This document shows, one piece after another, positions 1 through 8,272 of a stretch of 27,256 nt of DNA. The notes under the pieces are model-generated. The model was not told the origin of the DNA. It saw only the letters and a list, made by a program, of their open reading frames with translations, and did not search any database. The first letter of the stretch is position 1, and each line of letters begins with the position of its first letter. The DNA comes from a virus (Duplodnaviria; Caudoviricetes), in IMG/VR virus record IMGVR_UViG_3300044513_001904, positions 1-27,256 of that record, one strand, 5' to 3'. A program made the translations under genes and the position numbers.

Positions 1-2
1 CT

Positions 3-176
3 CAATGGTGTATAGATAATCCGGACTGGCAACGAGATTGGTCTGACCCCTCAACTTGCCCCTCTCCTGGAGAGGTTGGCGAATGGCGTGACAAACTCAT
101 CAATCGCAACCCTGGTTGGAACGATGTGTTAGGTCGCGCCGCCAAAGCCCCTGGATCCCGTGTCAAAAAAATCTGA
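3..176 (+). CDS. 3' part of a conserved small cyanophage protein upstream of phoH (5'-truncated by the window)
   Basis: Open frame read by hand: QWCIDNPDWQRDWSDPSTCPSPGEVGEWRDKLINRNPGWNDVLGRAAKAPGSRVKKI, stop TGA at 174-176. Resembles the small ORF that typically precedes phoH in T4-like cyanophages. Not in the ORF track. Confidence 0.75.
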   Translation, partial: QWCIDNPDWQRDWSDPSTCPSPGEVGEWRDKLINRNPGWNDVLGRAAKAPGSRVKKI

Positions 177-185
177 TCGTTTTCT

Positions 186-938
186 ATGCCTAGAAGAAAG
201 TCATCGGCCAACAATGTTGGCGTAGGTCTCACTATCAAGTCACAAAAAAGAAAGAAACCTCTTAATGCTGACTTGCTTACGGATATCAATCCGTTAACAG
301 AGAATCAAATTAAACTGTTTGAATCTTATAAGCAAGGTAAGAATCTTTTCGCATATGGAGCTGCAGGAACAGGAAAGACATTTGTCGTCCTGTATAATGC
401 ACTCAAGGAGGTACTGAGTCAGGATACACCTTACAATAAGATCTATATTGTACGCTCTCTTGTTTCTACTAGAGAGATTGGATTCCTCCCTGGAGACCAC
501 GAAGACAAATCTTCCTTGTATCAGATTCCGTACAAGAACATGGTGAAGTACATGTTCGAGATGCCTTCGGACTCTGACTTTGAAATGTTGTATGGTAATC
601 TTAAGCAACAAGAGACTATTAGTTTTTGGTCTACTTCTTTTATTCGTGGAACTACTATTGATGATGCGATTATCATCGTTGATGAGTGTCAGAACTTGAA
701 TTTTCACGAACTTGATAGTATAATTACAAGAGTTGGTGAGAACGCTAAGATTATGTTCTGTGGTGATGCTCGCCAATCTGATCTTATTAAAACCCATGAA
801 AAGAATGGAATCTTAGATTTCGTTCGCATCATTCAGCAAATGGAATCTTTTGATCTTATTGAATTTGGTGTTGAGGACATTGTGAGATCTGGGCTCGTTA
901 AAGAGTACCTAGTACATAAAATTGCTCTTGGTTTTTGA
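186..938 (+). CDS. phoH: PhoH-family ATPase
   Basis: Walker A GAAGTGKT, REIGFLPG, FIRGTT, Walker B IIVDECQN, TRVGEN, GDARQSD and DIVRSGLV, all PhoH family motifs. Confidence 0.96.
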   Translation: MPRRKSSANNVGVGLTIKSQKRKKPLNADLLTDINPLTENQIKLFESYKQGKNLFAYGAAGTGKTFVVLYNALKEVLSQDTPYNKIYIVRSLVSTREIGFLPGDHEDKSSLYQIPYKNMVKYMFEMPSDSDFEMLYGNLKQQETISFWSTSFIRGTTIDDAIIIVDECQNLNFHELDSIITRVGENAKIMFCGDARQSDLIKTHEKNGILDFVRIIQQMESFDLIEFGVEDIVRSGLVKEYLVHKIALGF

Positions 939-1606
939 TGTTTAAGCACCACGATATTGATCTTCCAGATATTTCGCGAACAACGATTGAAGGTAAAAGA
1001 TTTTACAAAATCGATAACATAGAGAAATTATTCATCTCTATCACTACGATTACTTCTTTCATTACTGCACCTAAATTTGCCTCTTGGCGTAAGAAAGTAG
1101 GTGAAGAAGAAGCGAATAAGATTACCGCAAAGGCCACAAGTCGCGGTACAGATATGCACACTCTCACTGAGCATTATCTAAAGAACGAAGATCTACCTTC
1201 GGTGCAACCAATTTCAGAATTATTATTCAAGATCTCTAAACCAACTCTAGACAGAATTGATAACATCTACTGTCTAGAGTCTGGTCTTTACAGTGATGTT
1301 CTTGGTATTGCTGGAACTGTTGACTGTATCGCAGAGTTTGATGGTGAACTTGCTGTCATTGACTTCAAGACATCATCCAAACCTAAGAAAAGAGAGTGGA
1401 TTGATCACTATTTCGTACAGTGTGCAGCCTACGCTTGCATGTTTTACGAATTAACTAATATGCCCGTTAAGAAGTTCGTCATTTTGATGGCTTGCGAGGA
1501 CGGTGAATGCGTTGTTTATGAGGAATATGACAAGAAAAAATACATTGGAATGCTATCCCGATACATCAGAAACTTTGTTGAACATAATCTTTCCAACTAT
1601 GGATAA
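938..1606 (+). CDS. PD-(D/E)XK (RecB/Cas4-like) exonuclease
   Basis: Motifs SITT, RGTDMH, IAGTVDCI, VIDFKTS and QCAAYA. The ATG at 938 overlaps the phoH stop (TGATG) and is preferred over the track's TTG at 935. Confidence 0.88.
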   Translation: MFKHHDIDLPDISRTTIEGKRFYKIDNIEKLFISITTITSFITAPKFASWRKKVGEEEANKITAKATSRGTDMHTLTEHYLKNEDLPSVQPISELLFKISKPTLDRIDNIYCLESGLYSDVLGIAGTVDCIAEFDGELAVIDFKTSSKPKKREWIDHYFVQCAAYACMFYELTNMPVKKFVILMACEDGECVVYEEYDKKKYIGMLSRYIRNFVEHNLSNYG

Positions 1607-1853
1607 TGAATTACAAGCGGAAATCGCTAAAAAATTTCTAACTCCAGAGAAGTTTGCGGTTGCAATCGAACGGATTGTGAAGGAAAATAATGTCAACTAC
1701 ATTGATGCTATCGTACTATACTGTGAAGTTAACAGCATCGAGATCGACACGATTCCTAAACTGATTTCCAAACCTCTCAAAGAGAAGTTGAAACGTGATG
1801 CGATGGAATTAAACTTCATGAAAAAGACTACTAGGGCCCGACTGCCTTTGTAA
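1599..1853 (+). CDS. g33: Late-transcription co-activator gp33
   Basis: 84 aa from ATG 1599: KFAVAIERIV...NYIDAIVLYCEVNSIEIDTIPKLISKPLKEKLKRDAMELNFMKKTTRARLPL. The track's start at 1503 is an over-extension. Confidence 0.9.
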   Translation: MDNELQAEIAKKFLTPEKFAVAIERIVKENNVNYIDAIVLYCEVNSIEIDTIPKLISKPLKEKLKRDAMELNFMKKTTRARLPL

Positions 1854-1860
1854 CTAAATA
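1854..1860 (+). promoter_or_regulatory. Candidate T4-type late promoter (CTAAATA)
   Basis: CTAAATA directly after the gp33 stop, 14 nt before ATG 1875. The same heptamer precedes several late genes in this window. Confidence 0.5.
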
Positions 1861-1874
1861 TTGAAAAAAGTGAG

Positions 1875-2213
1875 ATGTCAGACTTTTTTGATTCGGATAT
1901 TGTCCAAGAAGAACTAAGGGAGATCGAAAGACTTCAGTCATCAGTTCATGGCGATCTTTTTACATTTCCAACTCTACCAGTTAAAGAGCAACGCGCTCAT
2001 CTTGAAGATCTAGTCAAACTGGTAGAGAAGCAAAGAATTCTTTACACTCGTATCTGTCTCAGCGATGATGAAGATGCACAAAAGATGAAGAAGGACATCG
2101 AGCAGTCTGCCCTATTAATGGGATTTTCGGATCAAGTCTCTGTGATGGAGATGTTTGATGGTATGATTAGATCAATTAAAAACATTCTTGAGAGCCCCCC
2201 ATTTAAAAAATGA
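1875..2213 (+). CDS. DUF1825-family protein
   Basis: MSDFFDSDIVQEELREI...LVEKQRILYTRICLSDDEDAQKMK...LMGF matches my recollection of cyanobacterial/cyanophage DUF1825. Confidence 0.8.
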   Translation: MSDFFDSDIVQEELREIERLQSSVHGDLFTFPTLPVKEQRAHLEDLVKLVEKQRILYTRICLSDDEDAQKMKKDIEQSALLMGFSDQVSVMEMFDGMIRSIKNILESPPFKK

Positions 2214-2830
2214 CTTATGAAATTCCCGCTCCTGGGATCTTTGTTAAAAAGAATGCAATCAGTGAGCAAAACATTGACAATCTAGTTACGTTCTTTCAAC
2301 AAAATAAAAAGATGCAGATGCCTGGCATGTGTGGCATGTCAACCATTGATACGAAGATTAAAAAGTCAACAGATATTATTATCAATGGTCAGAGCAAACA
2401 GAAAGACCAAAAGTTTGTTGTAAGTCAACTGAATGACTGCTTGTCTGATGGGATGGAGGAATATGTTAAAGAGTATCCCATCCTTGAGACTGGGCAGATG
2501 TGGAGAATGGAACCGATGGCCATTCTGCAGTCTTACAAACCAAAGGAAGGATTCTTCCAACTTCACTATGAATCTATCAATGAAGTTTTGGCGACTAGAA
2601 TGATTGTTTGGATGATCTATCTCAATGATTGTCCTGAGGGTGGAACTGAGTTTCCATACTTTAACGTCACCACGAAAGCAGAGAAAGGAACTCTCGTTCT
2701 CTTTCCCACTAGTTTTACTTATGCTCACAAGGGACAAATCTCTGAAGAGCATCCCAAGATGATCGCTACTGGATGGTATAGTATGGTTCCATCCTACATC
2801 CAAGAGCAAATGCAACAGCAGCAGGCTTGA
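2210..2830 (+). CDS. 2OG-Fe(II) oxygenase (prolyl-hydroxylase-like)
   Basis: KKSTD, HYE metal motif, WMIYLND, GGTEF, LVLFP, distal His in YAHKG and K-x-IATGW. ATGA overlap with the upstream gene. Confidence 0.9.
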   Translation: MTYEIPAPGIFVKKNAISEQNIDNLVTFFQQNKKMQMPGMCGMSTIDTKIKKSTDIIINGQSKQKDQKFVVSQLNDCLSDGMEEYVKEYPILETGQMWRMEPMAILQSYKPKEGFFQLHYESINEVLATRMIVWMIYLNDCPEGGTEFPYFNVTTKAEKGTLVLFPTSFTYAHKGQISEEHPKMIATGWYSMVPSYIQEQMQQQQA

Positions 2831-2855
2831 CATCCTTTCATTCCTCTGGTATGAT
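2827..2855 (+). promoter_or_regulatory. Sigma70-type promoter for g32
   Basis: TTGACA (2827-2832), 17-nt spacer, extended TGn, then TATGAT (2850-2855). Confidence 0.85.
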
Positions 2856-2894
2856 AAAGAAGTCTTCAACCAACCCAATTCATCCAACTATCCA

Positions 2895-3806
2895 ATGTCT
2901 TTTGCTAATCTAAAGAAACAATCCAAACTCGGTTCGCTGACTCAGAAACTGGTCACGCAAGTCGAGAAGATGAATAAGTCTGCTGGTTCTGGCGACGAAC
3001 GCCTCTGGAAACCTGAAGTAGACAAAGCCGGCAACGGTTATGCTGTTATTCGATTCCTTCCTCCTCCTGATGGCGAAGATATGCCTTTCGCCAAAGTCTA
3101 CTCCCATGCCTTTCAAGGTCCTGGTGGATGGTACATCGAGAACTCTCTGACCACTCTGGGTCAGAAAGATCCTGTCTCTGAGCACAACTCTATGCTCTGG
3201 AACAATGGCACCGATGCTGGTAAGGAGCAGGCGCGTAAGCAGAAGCGCAAACTGTCTTACGTTTCCAACATCTATGTTGTGAAAGATCCTGCTAACCCGC
3301 AGAACGAGGGTAAGGTCTTCCTCTACAAGTATGGTAAGAAGATCTTTGATAAAGTCATGGCTGCAATGCAACCTGAATTTGAAGACGAGACTCCCATCAA
3401 CCCCTTTGATTTCTGGCAAGGCGCTAACTTCAAACTGAAGATCAAGCGAGTTGCTGGTTATTGGAATTATGACTCCAGTGAGTTTGCTATTCAGGGTCCT
3501 CTTCTTGATGAAGACGAAGAGATGGAAGCGATTTGGAAAAAGCAATACTCTCTCGCAGAGTTCCTTGCACCCTCTCAGTTCAAGACCTATGATGAACTCA
3601 AGACCCGTCTTGAGGCAGTCCTGGGCAAGAGCAACTCCCGACCCGCACCTGTTGCTGAAGAAGTTGAAGATGAAGATAATTATCGCGGTCCGGCTCGCGA
3701 CCTAGATGATGATCTCCGCTCTGAACTGAACTCCCTGTCTTCCTCCTCGCGAGACGAAGAAGAAGACGATACGCTGTCATACTTCCAGCGTTTGGCCGAA
3801 GAATAG
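2895..3806 (+). CDS. g32: Single-stranded DNA-binding protein gp32
   Basis: DERLWKPEVDKAGNGYAVIRFLP, HAFQGPGGWYIENSLTT, YKYGKKIFDK, GANFKLKI, NYDSSEF and an acidic tail ending DDTLSYFQRLAEE. Confidence 0.97.
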   Translation: MSFANLKKQSKLGSLTQKLVTQVEKMNKSAGSGDERLWKPEVDKAGNGYAVIRFLPPPDGEDMPFAKVYSHAFQGPGGWYIENSLTTLGQKDPVSEHNSMLWNNGTDAGKEQARKQKRKLSYVSNIYVVKDPANPQNEGKVFLYKYGKKIFDKVMAAMQPEFEDETPINPFDFWQGANFKLKIKRVAGYWNYDSSEFAIQGPLLDEDEEMEAIWKKQYSLAEFLAPSQFKTYDELKTRLEAVLGKSNSRPAPVAEEVEDEDNYRGPARDLDDDLRSELNSLSSSSRDEEEDDTLSYFQRLAEE

Positions 3807-3819
3807 ACCGCCGAGTGGT

Positions 3820-3853
3820 AAAAAAATAGGGTGATAGTCTTACTACCACCCTA
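3820..3853 (-). terminator. Intrinsic terminator of the minus-strand late unit
   Basis: Minus strand reads TAGGGTGGTAGT-AAG-ACTATCACCCTA-TTTTTTT: a 12-bp stem with one G-U pair, followed by a U-tract. It lies between convergent genes. Confidence 0.85.
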
Positions 3854-3876
3854 CCATGTACTCGGGAAATGATAAC

Positions 3877-4113
3877 TTAATCCCACTTACTATTCCAGAT
3901 CGAGGTTTTCTTGATATGCCCTAAGGCAGTCTCAAGAGCCTCGATTCTTTTTTCTAATTCTGCACAATTGCAATTAGAACATCCACCCTTGCTAAACTCA
4001 GGTGTAGTGGTGGATTTTTCTTCTAACGCTTTAAGTCTAACTTCAACCTCTTGGTCATACTGAGACATGTAAGCACCACTCTCAGAAGTTGCTTCTTTTC
4101 TGGTTCTAGCCAT
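3877..4113 (-). CDS. Small cyanophage hypothetical protein with coiled-coil segments
   Basis: 78 aa containing SGAYMSQYDQEVEVRLKALE and LEKRIEALE. Has its own late-promoter motif upstream and a terminator downstream. Confidence 0.75.
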   Translation of the reverse strand: MARTRKEATSESGAYMSQYDQEVEVRLKALEEKSTTTPEFSKGGCSNCNCAELEKRIEALETALGHIKKTSIWNSKWD

Positions 4114-4137
4114 AATTGAAAATAACGTGACTGGTTT

Positions 4138-4144
4138 TATTTAG
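4138..4144 (-). promoter_or_regulatory. Candidate late promoter (CTAAATA)
   Basis: TATTTAG on the plus strand, 24 nt upstream of the ATG at 4113. Confidence 0.6.
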
Positions 4145-4145
4145 A

Positions 4146-4796
4146 TCAGGGAGATGATGTACGAATGTTATCTCCCTTCTTCAAGTTTTGGTTGACGTAC
4201 TGAGTAGATCTTGTATAGAACATCTCTTGTTTCGTATCTTCCAAGAACTGAGACAGATACTCTCTTCTCAGAACAAAGATCGCTCTCTTCTCATCATTCT
4301 TGTTTGTTTCATACTCTAGATTAGTGATGCCAACAACAGGATTCAGAGTCTGCGTTCTTTGATCTGGATCAGAAATGGTGAAGTTTCCATCAACAGTCAG
4401 ACCAGCAGGAAGAACCAATCTTCCCTTAACATCCTTGACTTCTGTGGTTACATAATATCTAATGTCAAGGAGTTTTGTTCCGTACTTGTCTGCACAGAAA
4501 GTTCTTAGATCTTTGTCAGAGAGTGGCCAATCATTTCTGATGTTGATGATGTTGTTTGTGATTAGAATAACCCAGTCTAAACTATCATCGTCATAAACCT
4601 TTTGGGCAACAACATCTGGACGATCATCACCTTCAATCTCATACTTATTGTAGAGAGTGAAGATGCCTTTAAGATCATCTCTTAACTTAACTCTGCGAAA
4701 GAGGTTTTTGGTTTGAACGTAGGTATTCGATGATGGCCTATCTCTAAAAGGAGAAATGTAATCGAGATCAGGAACCTCTCTAAAATAAAATCCCAT
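4146..4796 (-). CDS. g53: Baseplate wedge protein gp53 (LysM-like)
   Basis: YFREVPDLDY, KNLFRRVKLR, DRPDVVAQKVY...LDWVILITNNI..DWPL and NLEYE...NDEKRAI. Confidence 0.9.
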   Translation of the reverse strand: MGFYFREVPDLDYISPFRDRPSSNTYVQTKNLFRRVKLRDDLKGIFTLYNKYEIEGDDRPDVVAQKVYDDDSLDWVILITNNIINIRNDWPLSDKDLRTFCADKYGTKLLDIRYYVTTEVKDVKGRLVLPAGLTVDGNFTISDPDQRTQTLNPVVGITNLEYETNKNDEKRAIFVLRREYLSQFLEDTKQEMFYTRSTQYVNQNLKKGDNIRTSSP

Positions 4797-5740
4797 TAGT
4801 AACCTACTCCCCCTACATCGTTGTAATCTTCAGCATAGATTGGATTGAGTTCCTTGAATGCTAATTGCATTTGCATGTGGACTGGAGTTCCGTCATCATA
4901 GGTCGAATATTGACCAGATGCGGTGTAGTTAACTGACATGTTTTCCAGTGCCATGATCTTGAACTTGTTCAAGAAAGGATGGTCTTTACTTCCAGACTTG
5001 TATGACAGTCTGAATACGTTTGGTGCTGAAATGAACAACCCTTGCCCTGCTGCAGATCTTTTAGCAGACATTGCAATTTTAAAGGTTCTGATAATTTCCT
5101 TTACTCTATTACCTTCTTCTGCAGATCTTGGTACAAAGTTAAAGTCAAAAGTAAACTGTCTCAGAGCAACACCAGAGAAAAGCAACTCTAGATTGGGATT
5201 AATGATTTGACCAGTGGATCTAGAGAGAAGACTTTCAAAAGATGTATTAGCACCGAAGACGTTTGCTGCCATCGATCCAAAGAACAATGCAGAGGGATCT
5301 TTCATTCCCCCATCACTAGCAAGGCCCATCGCAGCACCACCAACCTTATTCAGGATATCACCAAGACCTGACAAAAGATTATCGTTCTGGACACCTTTAG
5401 CAACTGAACTAACTGCGGCCGCAGCAAGAGAGTTGAGATTATCCTCTCCGTATGTAACTGCTTGACTGTCTGAGATATTTCCTGGAATTGGAAGGATTAT
5501 TGTGTTTACTGCCTTTGCATTGGCATATGATTTACTTGCTTCTTTGATCTTCAATCCAGCAAATGTTTGTGCGAGGTCTTTTTCTGCTTCGCCAGTGCCA
5601 GGACCTCCAACCAATCCACCAAGACCGCTCTCAAAAGTCTGTGTATATAATAATTCTTCAAACAGCAAAAAATCCGTGTAGTCATCAATACTACCGAGTG
5701 GATATCTAAGCGGTCTTTTCTTTGGAGTGGCTGCAGCCAT
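4796..5740 (-). CDS. g48: Baseplate tail-tube cap gp48
   Basis: LRYP, IILPIPGNISD, INPNLELLFSGVALRQFTFDFNFVPRSAEE, VNYT and MQLAFKELNPIY. Adjacent to g53. Confidence 0.88.
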   Translation of the reverse strand: MAAATPKKRPLRYPLGSIDDYTDFLLFEELLYTQTFESGLGGLVGGPGTGEAEKDLAQTFAGLKIKEASKSYANAKAVNTIILPIPGNISDSQAVTYGEDNLNSLAAAAVSSVAKGVQNDNLLSGLGDILNKVGGAAMGLASDGGMKDPSALFFGSMAANVFGANTSFESLLSRSTGQIINPNLELLFSGVALRQFTFDFNFVPRSAEEGNRVKEIIRTFKIAMSAKRSAAGQGLFISAPNVFRLSYKSGSKDHPFLNKFKIMALENMSVNYTASGQYSTYDDGTPVHMQMQLAFKELNPIYAEDYNDVGGVGY

Positions 5741-5751
5741 TTTACGCCTTT

Positions 5752-6102
5752 TTAGGTATTTAGTTTAAATTTTTGGTAGGGTATTGTTCTAAGAGTCTCT
5801 TTCTCTTCTTGCGATATCTCGTAAAGGTTGCCTGCTATCTCATCAAATGTATATCTTCTAGGTGCTCTCCAGTGATAACTAATGGCATCAAATCCCCAAT
5901 TGTATGTAGTAGTACATGCTACTAGTGGATGTTCATCATACTGAATATTGGGAGTTTTTGGTAGGTAAATGAACGTGTAGAAGTTACCAGGAACAGCGAC
6001 TTGATCAACTGTATCTGATAATGCTTCCATGATTGAAAGCATAAGATCATCTGGATCTTCTACACCAATCAGATCATCTAGAATGTCCTGAATTCTGTTC
6101 AT
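5752..6102 (-). CDS. g2: DNA end-protector gp2-like protein (short cyanophage form)
   Basis: PGNFYTFIYLPKT...YDEHPLV...GFDAISYHW resembles the gp2 core motif. Position next to g4 agrees. Confidence 0.7.
   Translation of the reverse strand: MNRIQDILDDLIGVEDPDDLMLSIMEALSDTVDQVAVPGNFYTFIYLPKTPNIQYDEHPLVACTTTYNWGFDAISYHWRAPRRYTFDEIAGNLYEISQEEKETLRTIPYQKFKLNT
5757..5763 (-). promoter_or_regulatory. Candidate late promoter (CTAAATA)
   Basis: TATTTAG on the plus strand inside the 3' end of the gp2-like gene, 16 nt before the g48 ATG. Confidence 0.6.
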
Positions 6103-6266
6103 TAGTCTATGTAACCATCGTCGTCTTGTAAATCATCATATGTAAGACCCTTGGTATTATCTTTCTCATCAAGACCAAATTCTGAACGCAAGTGTTCAGC
6201 CTTTAATCTCCTAACAAGATCTTCCAGTTCATCGATAATAATTTTGATTCTCTGGTCGTTTCCCAT
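6102..6266 (-). CDS. Small acidic hypothetical protein (54 aa)
   Basis: Read by hand: MGNDQRIKIIIDELEDLVRRLKAEHLRSEFGLDEKDNTKGLTYDDLQDDDGYID. It fills the g4-g2 gap exactly, with TAATG overlaps at both ends. Not in the track. Confidence 0.8.
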   Translation of the reverse strand: MGNDQRIKIIIDELEDLVRRLKAEHLRSEFGLDEKDNTKGLTYDDLQDDDGYID

Positions 6267-6703
6267 TATTTTATCCCCAACTCTTTCTCTGTAAAGATTT
6301 TAAATTCCCACAGACGGTCTTTGCAGAACTCTTCTGCAGCAGCCCATTTTGCTTGGTTCGTAACATATTGAGTTACTTCATAAACGTAACTCTTCGTTTT
6401 CTTTTCCTGCAGTGGTGGTTGTTGAGTTTGTTTGAATGGTTTGATCTCGATAATAGATCTTTTGATTTTTCCTTTTGAGTCCTGGTATTTGATGTAGAAG
6501 TCAGGAAAATAACGATGCCACTTATTATCTATGGGAGATTTGTATGGAATTGCAATTTCTTCGCTACCCCATTCAAGGATGTTTTCGTTCCTATCACAGT
6601 AGACCATAAACTTTCTTTCCCACAAACTACGATAAATAATATTTGTGGGATTCCCTCTATACTTTTTTGTGTTACTGGGACGAAACTTTCCTTGATATGA
6701 CAT
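6266..6703 (-). CDS. g4: Head completion protein gp4 (TnsA-like nuclease fold)
   Basis: YQGKFRPSNTKKYRG, IIYRSLWERKFM, WGSEE, HRYFPDF, IEIKP and NQAKWAAA. Confidence 0.93.
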   Translation of the reverse strand: MSYQGKFRPSNTKKYRGNPTNIIYRSLWERKFMVYCDRNENILEWGSEEIAIPYKSPIDNKWHRYFPDFYIKYQDSKGKIKRSIIEIKPFKQTQQPPLQEKKTKSYVYEVTQYVTNQAKWAAAEEFCKDRLWEFKIFTEKELGIK

Positions 6704-6725
6704 AGAATAATCACAGTATTAGAGA

Positions 6726-6732
6726 TATTTAG
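6726..6732 (-). promoter_or_regulatory. Candidate late promoter (CTAAATA)
   Basis: TATTTAG on the plus strand, 22 nt upstream of the g4 ATG, in the 29-bp divergent gap. Confidence 0.6.
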
Positions 6733-7533
6733 ATGTCGATAAGCGCCAGAGTCACAGAAGTAGCACCATTACTGACGAGACTTTCTCTCAGTTCTCACTA
6801 CTATTTGAGAATGAATGGGTTCCCTGGACCACTCAGTTCATTCTTAAGTTCAAAAGGAGTTACGGCAAACTTCATTAGCGGTGACGCTGGATTGTTGTGC
6901 TATGAAGCAACTCTGCCAGGATCATCTTTGGCCACTGCTGATATCTACGGTGACTACATGGGTGTCACGCAAAAGTATGCTCACAGTAGAATGTATGACC
7001 AACTTACGCTTGGTTTCTACTGTGATCTAGAATATAATGTGCTGAAATTATTTGAACATTGGATTGAATACATTGCATCTGGATCCAATCAATCAAAAGC
7101 AAATCCTGGTTACTTTGTTAGAATGAGATATCCAGACACTTATAAGTGTAAGTCTGGATTTTCTATCACAAAGTTTGAAAAGGACAAAAAGATTAAACCA
7201 TTAGAGTACAACTTCTTTAACGTCTTTCCCGTTGGACTGAGTGCGACTCCAGTTTCTTATGACGGATCTCAAGTCATGAGAGTAAACGTTACACTGTCTT
7301 ATGATACTTATCAGTGTGGTAAGGCCTCTAGTGCTGCTATTGCCAGAGGTGAGGACGCAAACAATAATCCAGCGCAGTTGAATAACGCTCTCGGTGCTAA
7401 CTCTGCTCCCGATCAATCACAGGGCGCTGCTGCTGCAAATGGAAGAGCAACTACTGGATTTGTAAGACCACTCGGACAGGATATTGGTATCCAACAAAGA
7501 GGAACTGTTGTAAGAAGGGTTCCAGAAACCTGA
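6733..7533 (+). CDS. Tail-tube-family protein (gp54/gp19-like tail tube initiator)
   Basis: LLCYEATLPG, YDQLTLGFY, LFEHWIEYI and YNFFNVFPVGLSATPVSY...VNVTLSY fit the tail-tube fold. Lies between g4 and g26. Confidence 0.75.
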   Translation: MSISARVTEVAPLLTRLSLSSHYYLRMNGFPGPLSSFLSSKGVTANFISGDAGLLCYEATLPGSSLATADIYGDYMGVTQKYAHSRMYDQLTLGFYCDLEYNVLKLFEHWIEYIASGSNQSKANPGYFVRMRYPDTYKCKSGFSITKFEKDKKIKPLEYNFFNVFPVGLSATPVSYDGSQVMRVNVTLSYDTYQCGKASSAAIARGEDANNNPAQLNNALGANSAPDQSQGAAAANGRATTGFVRPLGQDIGIQQRGTVVRRVPET

Positions 7534-7564
7534 TATATAACTATATGAAATTGAATAGGATATT

Positions 7565-8272
7565 ATGCCCTTACCGGTAATTTCGACACCTACATACGAA
7601 CTTAAGATTCCTTCTACTGGGAAGACAATCGAGTTTAGACCATTCCTTGTGAAGGAAGAAAAAATTCTTATCCTCGCTATGGAGAGTGAGGACAGCAAAC
7701 AGATTGCAAAGGCTGTAAAGCAAGTTCTGTCGAACTGTATTACAACCAAGGATGTTGATGTTTCTGAACTCGCTACGTTTGATATTGAACTTTTGTTCCT
7801 AAACATTCGCGGCAAATCTGTTGGTGAAAAGATTCCCATTGTTGTCACTTGTGATGACGACGGAGTAACTGAAGTTGAGGTAGAGATCGATGTTGATGAT
7901 GTCAAAGTAACCACTGACAAAAATCACACAGACACCATCGAGATTGGTAACGGGTATTTTGTTAAAATGAAGTATCCTAGATTCGATCAATTCATTGAAA
8001 GTAATTTTACTGGTGGTAGCGAAGAATCCTTCAGACTGATCGCAAGATGTGTTGAAACTATCTACAATGATGAAGAATCTTGGGATGCCGTTGATTTCAC
8101 TGAGAAGGAGATGATTGAGTTTTTAGAACAGTTCCCCACATCTCAGTTTAAGAGAATCGAACAGTTCTTTGAGACAATGCCTAGACTGGAGCATGTCATC
8201 AACGTTACTAATCCAAAAACTAAGAAGAAGAACAAGGTTGTTCTGGAGGGTCTGGCAAGTTTTTTCAGCTAG
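7565..8272 (+). CDS. g26: Baseplate hub assembly protein gp26
   Basis: MPLPVISTPTYELKIPSTG, FRPFLVKEEKIL, FDIELLFLNIRGKSVGE, FFETMP and C-terminal LEGLASFF. Confidence 0.92.
   Translation: MPLPVISTPTYELKIPSTGKTIEFRPFLVKEEKILILAMESEDSKQIAKAVKQVLSNCITTKDVDVSELATFDIELLFLNIRGKSVGEKIPIVVTCDDDGVTEVEVEIDVDDVKVTTDKNHTDTIEIGNGYFVKMKYPRFDQFIESNFTGGSEESFRLIARCVETIYNDEESWDAVDFTEKEMIEFLEQFPTSQFKRIEQFFETMPRLEHVINVTNPKTKKKNKVVLEGLASFFS
8245..8266 (+). other. Candidate programmed -1 frameshift signal
   Basis: GGAGGG at 8245-8250, 9 nt, then the X XXY YYZ heptamer T TTT TTC at 8260-8266 in the gp26 reading phase, one codon before the TAG stop. Confidence 0.65.

Noticed and set aside
177-185. Pho box upstream of phoH
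   Set aside because: The intergenic gap is only 9 nt and no tandem PhoB-type repeat was recognised.
1503-1598. N-terminal extension of gp33 in the ORF track
   Set aside because: It overlaps the exonuclease by about 100 nt. ATG 1599 gives the expected size.
938-1606. Cas4-like nuclease suggesting a CRISPR system
   Set aside because: No repeat-spacer array or other cas genes are seen, and it lacks the Cas4 four-Cys Fe-S arrangement. It is the usual exonuclease next to phoH.
294-3849. Long minus-strand ORFs (294-797, 2366-2887, 2910-3545, 3598-3849)
   Set aside because: They are antisense shadows of well-supported genes, with no recognisable motifs.
6266-6703. TnsA-like endonuclease suggesting a Tn7 transposon
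   Set aside because: This is the fold of T4 gp4 head-completion protein in its normal context. No transposase partners or terminal repeats are present.
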